Assembly (NCBI GenBank): GCA_041397065.1 | Contig: JAWKXG010000012.1 | Span: 267 to 64,266, forward strand | Reading direction: 5' to 3' | Length of the DNA: 64,000 nt | From: Paracoccaceae bacterium | Lineage (GTDB): Bacteria > Pseudomonadota > Alphaproteobacteria > Rhodobacterales > Rhodobacteraceae | In this document: piece by piece, positions 59,874 to 64,000 of the stretch | Layout: every line of letters begins with the position of its first letter | How positions within the stretch are numbered: position 1 is the first letter of the stretch | Made by a program: the position numbers and the translations under genes | Notes under the pieces: generated by a model | Told to the model about the DNA's origin: nothing | The model's input: only the letters and a program-made list of their open reading frames with translations | The model's database searches: none

Positions 59874-61490
59874 TCAGCGTGTGCCGATCTCGCTCAGCAC
59901 CGTATAGTTGTCCGCGCGCGGAGACATGGTGATCCCTTGCCGGGCGGCCCAGAAGTTCATCTGGAAATGGATCGGGATCACCCCGAACCGTTCCCCGATG
60001 ACATATTCTGCCGCCGCTGCGACCTGAGCGTTGCGCTCGGTCTCGTCCAGCACTTGCATCGCTGCACCGATCATTTCGTCAAAGCGCGCATCCGAGAAGC
60101 GCCCGCGGTTGGCTCCACCATGGCCAAGCTCGCTGTTGTGCGTCCGCAACAGGGAATCCAGCGTCGAGCCCTGCTCGCCGGTGGACGAGCCCCAGCCCAG
60201 CAGCATGACCGAGTATTCGAGGCGCGTCGCAGCACCGAAATAGGTCGAGGCGGGCTCGACCGAGACTTCGGTCCGGATACCGATCCGCGACAGGTTCTGT
60301 GCGACCGCCTGAGCGATCCGCTCGTCGTTGACATAGCGGTCGTTCGGGCCGTTCAGGGTGATGGCGAACCCGTCCGGATAGCCTGCCTCTGCCAGCAAGG
60401 CACGCGCACCGTCGGGATCGAAGGCTGTCGCCGCCAGCGTATCGGATGCGCCGGCGAACCCGGGGGCCAGCATCTGTCCGGCGGGCGTCGCAGCGCCGTC
60501 CATGATGACCCGCGCGATGGCTTCACGATTCAGGGCCATCGACATTGCCTGACGCACCCGCACGTCGCGCAGCGGGTTGGCGATTTCGCTGCCATCCAGA
60601 CCACGCACAAAGGGCGAAATCTCGCGGTCACTGTCCATGTGCAGATAGACGGCAAGGTTGGACGGGGTTTCGAACACGTTGAAAGCAGAGTTGGCGCGGG
60701 TGCTGGCGATATCGGCGGTTGGCAGCCCGTCGATCAGGTCGACGTCGCCCGACAGCAAGGCGGCGAGGCGGGCAGCGTCATTCGGGATGGGGCGCACCAC
60801 GGCATCGGCGAACGCCGGAGCCCCGCCCCAGTAATCGCTGTTCGCGCTCAAGACCATCGGGTCGCCGGGTGCCCATGAAACAAGGCGAAACGGTCCCGTC
60901 CCTATCGCCAGTGCGCCCGAGTTGAAGTGGCTGCTGTCGATCTCGGTGATCGACGGGGCGATGCCGGGATTTGCCGCCAGATAGGCCTCGGTCGTTTCGA
61001 GGGACAGGATCGAGAATTGCGCCAGATCGTTGGGCAACAGAGGCGACGGATTGGTGGTGCGCAAGATCAAGGTGTGGCTGTCGACAACCTCGACCGCGCT
61101 TATGCGGCTGACGAAGCGGGTCAGGGCCGACGGGCTGTTCGGCACAAGGGGGATGCGCGAGATGGTGAAGGCCACGTCTTCAGCCCCAAACGGCGTGCCA
61201 TCATGGAAGGTCACGCCTTCGCGCAGGTTGATCTGCCAACTGGTATTGTCGAGAGGGGTCCACGACACCGCCAGCCCCGGTTGCAGGCGCATGTTGGCGT
61301 CCATGTGGATCAGCCGGTCATAGACATTGCGCATTGCGGCATTGTTCGGCCCGAGGTTGTGAAAATGCGGGTCCAGCGATGTCGGGCCGGTGGCGATGCC
61401 GACGCGCAGGGTCTGGGCCTGTGCCGCGGTCGCCAGCGCCAGCAGCATGGCACTGGTCAGCAGGAAACGTCCGGTTTTCCGGGGTGTCAT
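59874..61490 (-). CDS. Peptide/nickel ABC transporter substrate-binding protein (family 5)
   Basis: Signal peptide; SLDPHFH, LREGVTFHDG, GTGPF, DVRVRQA and NDRYVND motifs. Confidence 0.92.
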   Translation of the reverse strand: MTPRKTGRFLLTSAMLLALATAAQAQTLRVGIATGPTSLDPHFHNLGPNNAAMRNVYDRLIHMDANMRLQPGLAVSWTPLDNTSWQINLREGVTFHDGTPFGAEDVAFTISRIPLVPNSPSALTRFVSRISAVEVVDSHTLILRTTNPSPLLPNDLAQFSILSLETTEAYLAANPGIAPSITEIDSSHFNSGALAIGTGPFRLVSWAPGDPMVLSANSDYWGGAPAFADAVVRPIPNDAARLAALLSGDVDLIDGLPTADIASTRANSAFNVFETPSNLAVYLHMDSDREISPFVRGLDGSEIANPLRDVRVRQAMSMALNREAIARVIMDGAATPAGQMLAPGFAGASDTLAATAFDPDGARALLAEAGYPDGFAITLNGPNDRYVNDERIAQAVAQNLSRIGIRTEVSVEPASTYFGAATRLEYSVMLLGWGSSTGEQGSTLDSLLRTHNSELGHGGANRGRFSDARFDEMIGAAMQVLDETERNAQVAAAAEYVIGERFGVIPIHFQMNFWAARQGITMSPRADNYTVLSEIGTR

Positions 61491-62293
61491 TGGTCGTCCT
61501 CCAAGGTTGGAAAAGAAGGGGTTTCAGTCGTGGTCAGATGCCGCCGAAGAAACGTCACGACGTCCTCGGCGGTTTGTGGATGTTCGAGAAGCTTGTGCCC
61601 GGCGCTGGGGTAAAGGACCACGCGGGCATTCGGATAGGTGGCCAGCCTTTCGGCCCCATGGCCGCGAACCCCGTCGCGCGCGCTGAGACTTTCGTGCGGT
61701 CCGAAATAGGCGTCCTGCCACCCCATCAGGTTCAGGATCGGCGTCGTTTTGTCCTGTGGCAGGTCGAAGGATCGTGCGAAATAGCTGTCTTCGATCCCCC
61801 AGGCCATCACCAGCCTCGGTGCATTGCAAGTGGGCCGCCATGTCGCGGCGGCTACGCCCCCCTCGGACAGGCCCATGACAACGAGGCGGGAACAGTCGAA
61901 GCACCGGTGCCCGGCCAGACGGGCCAGCGTGTAATCCAGTTCCCAGCGACGCAGTCGGTGAACTTCGGCGTAAATCTCTGCATCGGTGGGCGAAACGTAG
62001 CGGGGGCGGTTTGGCACGCGTTGCGTCGCGGGGGCGATCAGCGCGGCTTCGATCCCGGCATGACGCAGCCACCGCGCCAGAATTGGGGGCGATTCAAAGC
62101 TGCGCGATCCCGTCGCCAACAGCACGACCGGCCAAGATCGCCCGCTTTCACATGCGGAACGAATGGCGCCCGACAAACTGGCGGGGGTGCCCGTGGCACC
62201 TGGCAAAGCAACGAAGGCATCGTCAAACACGACCTCGGCGCCGGGATAGGCACGCAAGAGGTCGTGGTCAATGATGTGGTTGCCAGAGTCCAT
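61487..62293 (-). CDS. Dienelactone-hydrolase-like alpha/beta-fold protein
   Basis: GLSEGG nucleophile elbow, Asp in WQDAYF and His in SAGH; stop overlaps the start of the peptide-binding protein gene. Confidence 0.6.
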   Translation of the reverse strand: MDSGNHIIDHDLLRAYPGAEVVFDDAFVALPGATGTPASLSGAIRSACESGRSWPVVLLATGSRSFESPPILARWLRHAGIEAALIAPATQRVPNRPRYVSPTDAEIYAEVHRLRRWELDYTLARLAGHRCFDCSRLVVMGLSEGGVAAATWRPTCNAPRLVMAWGIEDSYFARSFDLPQDKTTPILNLMGWQDAYFGPHESLSARDGVRGHGAERLATYPNARVVLYPSAGHKLLEHPQTAEDVVTFLRRHLTTTETPSFPTLEDDQ

Positions 62294-62394
62294 CGCATCG
62301 CCAGATGATTGCTTTCCTCGATGAATACAGACTTTCACTGCATGATAAATCGGTTTAAATATGCATAAAGCGCAAGAATTGAGCGAGTTTCCGC

Positions 62395-63321
62395 ATGTAT
62401 TCGCTGCCCGACTGGACGCTCAAGGAACTGGCCGCCTTCGTGCTGACGACACGCCTTGGCACCGTTACAGCTGCCGCCGAGTCGTTGCGCATGTCGCAAT
62501 CTGCCACCAGCCGCCTGATTTCCAGCCTCGAGTCAAAACTGGGCCAGCCGCTGTTCGACAGGGTGGGTCGTGGTCTGGTGGTCAATGCTGCGGGGCAGGC
62601 CTTTCTGGAACGCGCCTCGGGCATCCTGAATGCGGCAGGCCCCGAGGCGTCGCGATCGCCCGGCGACGAAAGCCGCCTGCTGCGCATCGCCGCGCCGCCC
62701 AGTTTCTGCGCCGGTTTCCTGCAGGATGTCACGGCCCGCTTTCTGTCCGAGAACCCGGGCTGTTCCGTGCAACTCGAGGTTCGCAACACGCCGGCCTTGA
62801 TCGAAATGATTTCCGAGTCGCGGTTCGACCTTGGCGTTACCTCTGGCCTGCGGATGCACCACGCCGTTCGCGCGGTGCCTTTGCTCAAGACCCGGATCGC
62901 AGCCGTGATGCGCCGTGATCATCCCTTGTCGCAAAGCCCGCTTCTGGACCTTGCTCGACTTGATGGCCAGACGCTGGTGCAACTGAGTCCGCGCCACGCC
63001 AGCCGCGTCCAGATCGATACGCTTTTGGCGCGGCGTGGTATCCGGCCTTCCACTCAGGTCGAAACATCGACCGGTTTGTCCGCGCTGCACCTTGCCCGGC
63101 AAATGGGCGCGCTGACGCTTATCTCGCCGTTTCCGCTGACTCATTCGATGCCCGATGACATGATCGCTGTGCCTGTCGACATGGATTTCGTCTATGATTA
63201 TGCGGCTGTTCTGCCGGTGAATGCCGGGCGGTCGGCGCATCTGCGACGCTTCATGCGCGTGTTGCAGGGCACGGCGCTTCAGGCAAGCGCGCCGTTCCGG
63301 GTCGTGCCCGCGACGGCCTGA
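62395..63321 (+). CDS. LysR family transcriptional regulator
   Basis: TVTAAA..L.MSQSATS..I..LE..LG..LF.R HTH. Confidence 0.88.
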   Translation: MYSLPDWTLKELAAFVLTTRLGTVTAAAESLRMSQSATSRLISSLESKLGQPLFDRVGRGLVVNAAGQAFLERASGILNAAGPEASRSPGDESRLLRIAAPPSFCAGFLQDVTARFLSENPGCSVQLEVRNTPALIEMISESRFDLGVTSGLRMHHAVRAVPLLKTRIAAVMRRDHPLSQSPLLDLARLDGQTLVQLSPRHASRVQIDTLLARRGIRPSTQVETSTGLSALHLARQMGALTLISPFPLTHSMPDDMIAVPVDMDFVYDYAAVLPVNAGRSAHLRRFMRVLQGTALQASAPFRVVPATA

Positions 63322-63375
63322 GCAACCTTCGGGTTGGCGCGGGGCGGCAAACCGTGTATGCGGCGACGCAGCGAA

Positions 63376-63432
63376 CATGGACCTGGGTGTAACCCCCGGG
63401 TGGCTCTTCCGGCCGCTGATCCGCCGGACAAC
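63376..63432 (+). ncRNA. Probable sul1 RNA motif (cis element upstream of SulP)
   Basis: ATGGACCTGGGTGTAACCCCCGGGTGGC..GGCCG.TGATCCGCCGGACA with nested stems, in the 5' UTR of an alphaproteobacterial sulP. Recognised from memory, not by covariance search. Confidence 0.6.
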
Positions 63433-63502
63433 CTGAACAAGGCTTCAGAACAGAACGCGACGCGCGGGCCCGACGGCTCGGGGTCGATCAGGAACCTTTT
63501 GC

Positions 63503-64000
63503 ATGATGACATTCGATGCCTACCGCGCCCAGTGGTTCGGCAATGTCCGGGCCGATGTGCTGGCCGGACTTGTCGTTGCCCTTGCGCTGATCCCCGAGGC
63601 GATTGCCTTTTCCATCATCGCGGGCGTGGACCCCAAGGTCGGGCTGTATGCCAGCTTTTCGATCGCCGTGCTGATCGCCTTTGTCGGGGGCCGGCCCGGC
63701 ATGATTTCGGCGGCGACGGCGGCAACGGCCGTGCTGATGGTGACCCTCGTGCGCGATCACGGGCTGCAATACCTGCTGGCCGCGACGGTGCTGACCGGGT
63801 TGATCCAGATCGCCATGGGCCTGTTGAAGCTGGGTTTCGTGATGCGCTATGTGTCGAGGTCGGTGATGACCGGCTTCGTCAACGCGCTGGCGATCCTGAT
63901 CTTCATGGCGCAACTGCCGGAACTGGATCCGGCGCTCGTGACATGGCCGACCTATGCCTTGGTGGCTGTCAGCCTTGCGATCATTTACCTGTTTCCCCGA
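63503..64000 (+). CDS. SulP family anion permease (5' part, runs off the window)
   Basis: Manual translation [63 protein letters not shown]. Absent from the ORF track because it has no stop in the window. Confidence 0.9.
   Translation, partial: MMTFDAYRAQWFGNVRADVLAGLVVALALIPEAIAFSIIAGVDPKVGLYASFSIAVLIAFVGGRPGMISAATAATAVLMVTLVRDHGLQYLLAATVLTGLIQIAMGLLKLGFVMRYVSRSVMTGFVNALAILIFMAQLPELDPALVTWPTYALVAVSLAIIYLFPR

Overview
High-GC alphaproteobacterial (Rhodobacteraceae-like) sequence from a secondary replicon. A complete repABC module lies at about 24.6-28.2 kb, with a likely antisense ctRNA and a perfect parS palindrome just after repC. The cargo is mostly catabolic or transport: an amidohydrolase / quinone-reductase / TRAP unit; a GMC oxidoreductase - FAD monooxygenase - biotin acyl-CoA carboxylase - BKACE operon; a GcvT-type dehydrogenase; a GntR / DUF1185 / hydrolase / LLM / ALDH cluster; a dmdA-like gene next to dmdD; an FAA hydrolase and an intradiol dioxygenase; a Kef antiporter; a polyol (smo) operon with xylB; a peptide ABC system; and a truncated sulP preceded by a probable sul1 RNA motif. 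Two loci stand out. (1) A five-gene island at 39.8-44.4 kb encodes a LuxR-HTH regulator fused to an apparently catalytically dead alpha/beta hydrolase, an N-acyl-synthase-fold enzyme, a heme-oxygenase-like diiron enzyme, a nitroreductase and a DUF1353-like protein; it is a candidate non-AHL signal synthesis and sensing system. (2) A tandem pair of MEDS-sensor/SARP(BTAD) regulators at 7.6-10.6 kb has a SARP-type 11-bp-spaced heptamer repeat in front of the divergent catabolic operon. All family calls come from motif recognition by eye; no database searches were run. I found no CRISPR array, rRNA, tRNA, transposase or integrase.
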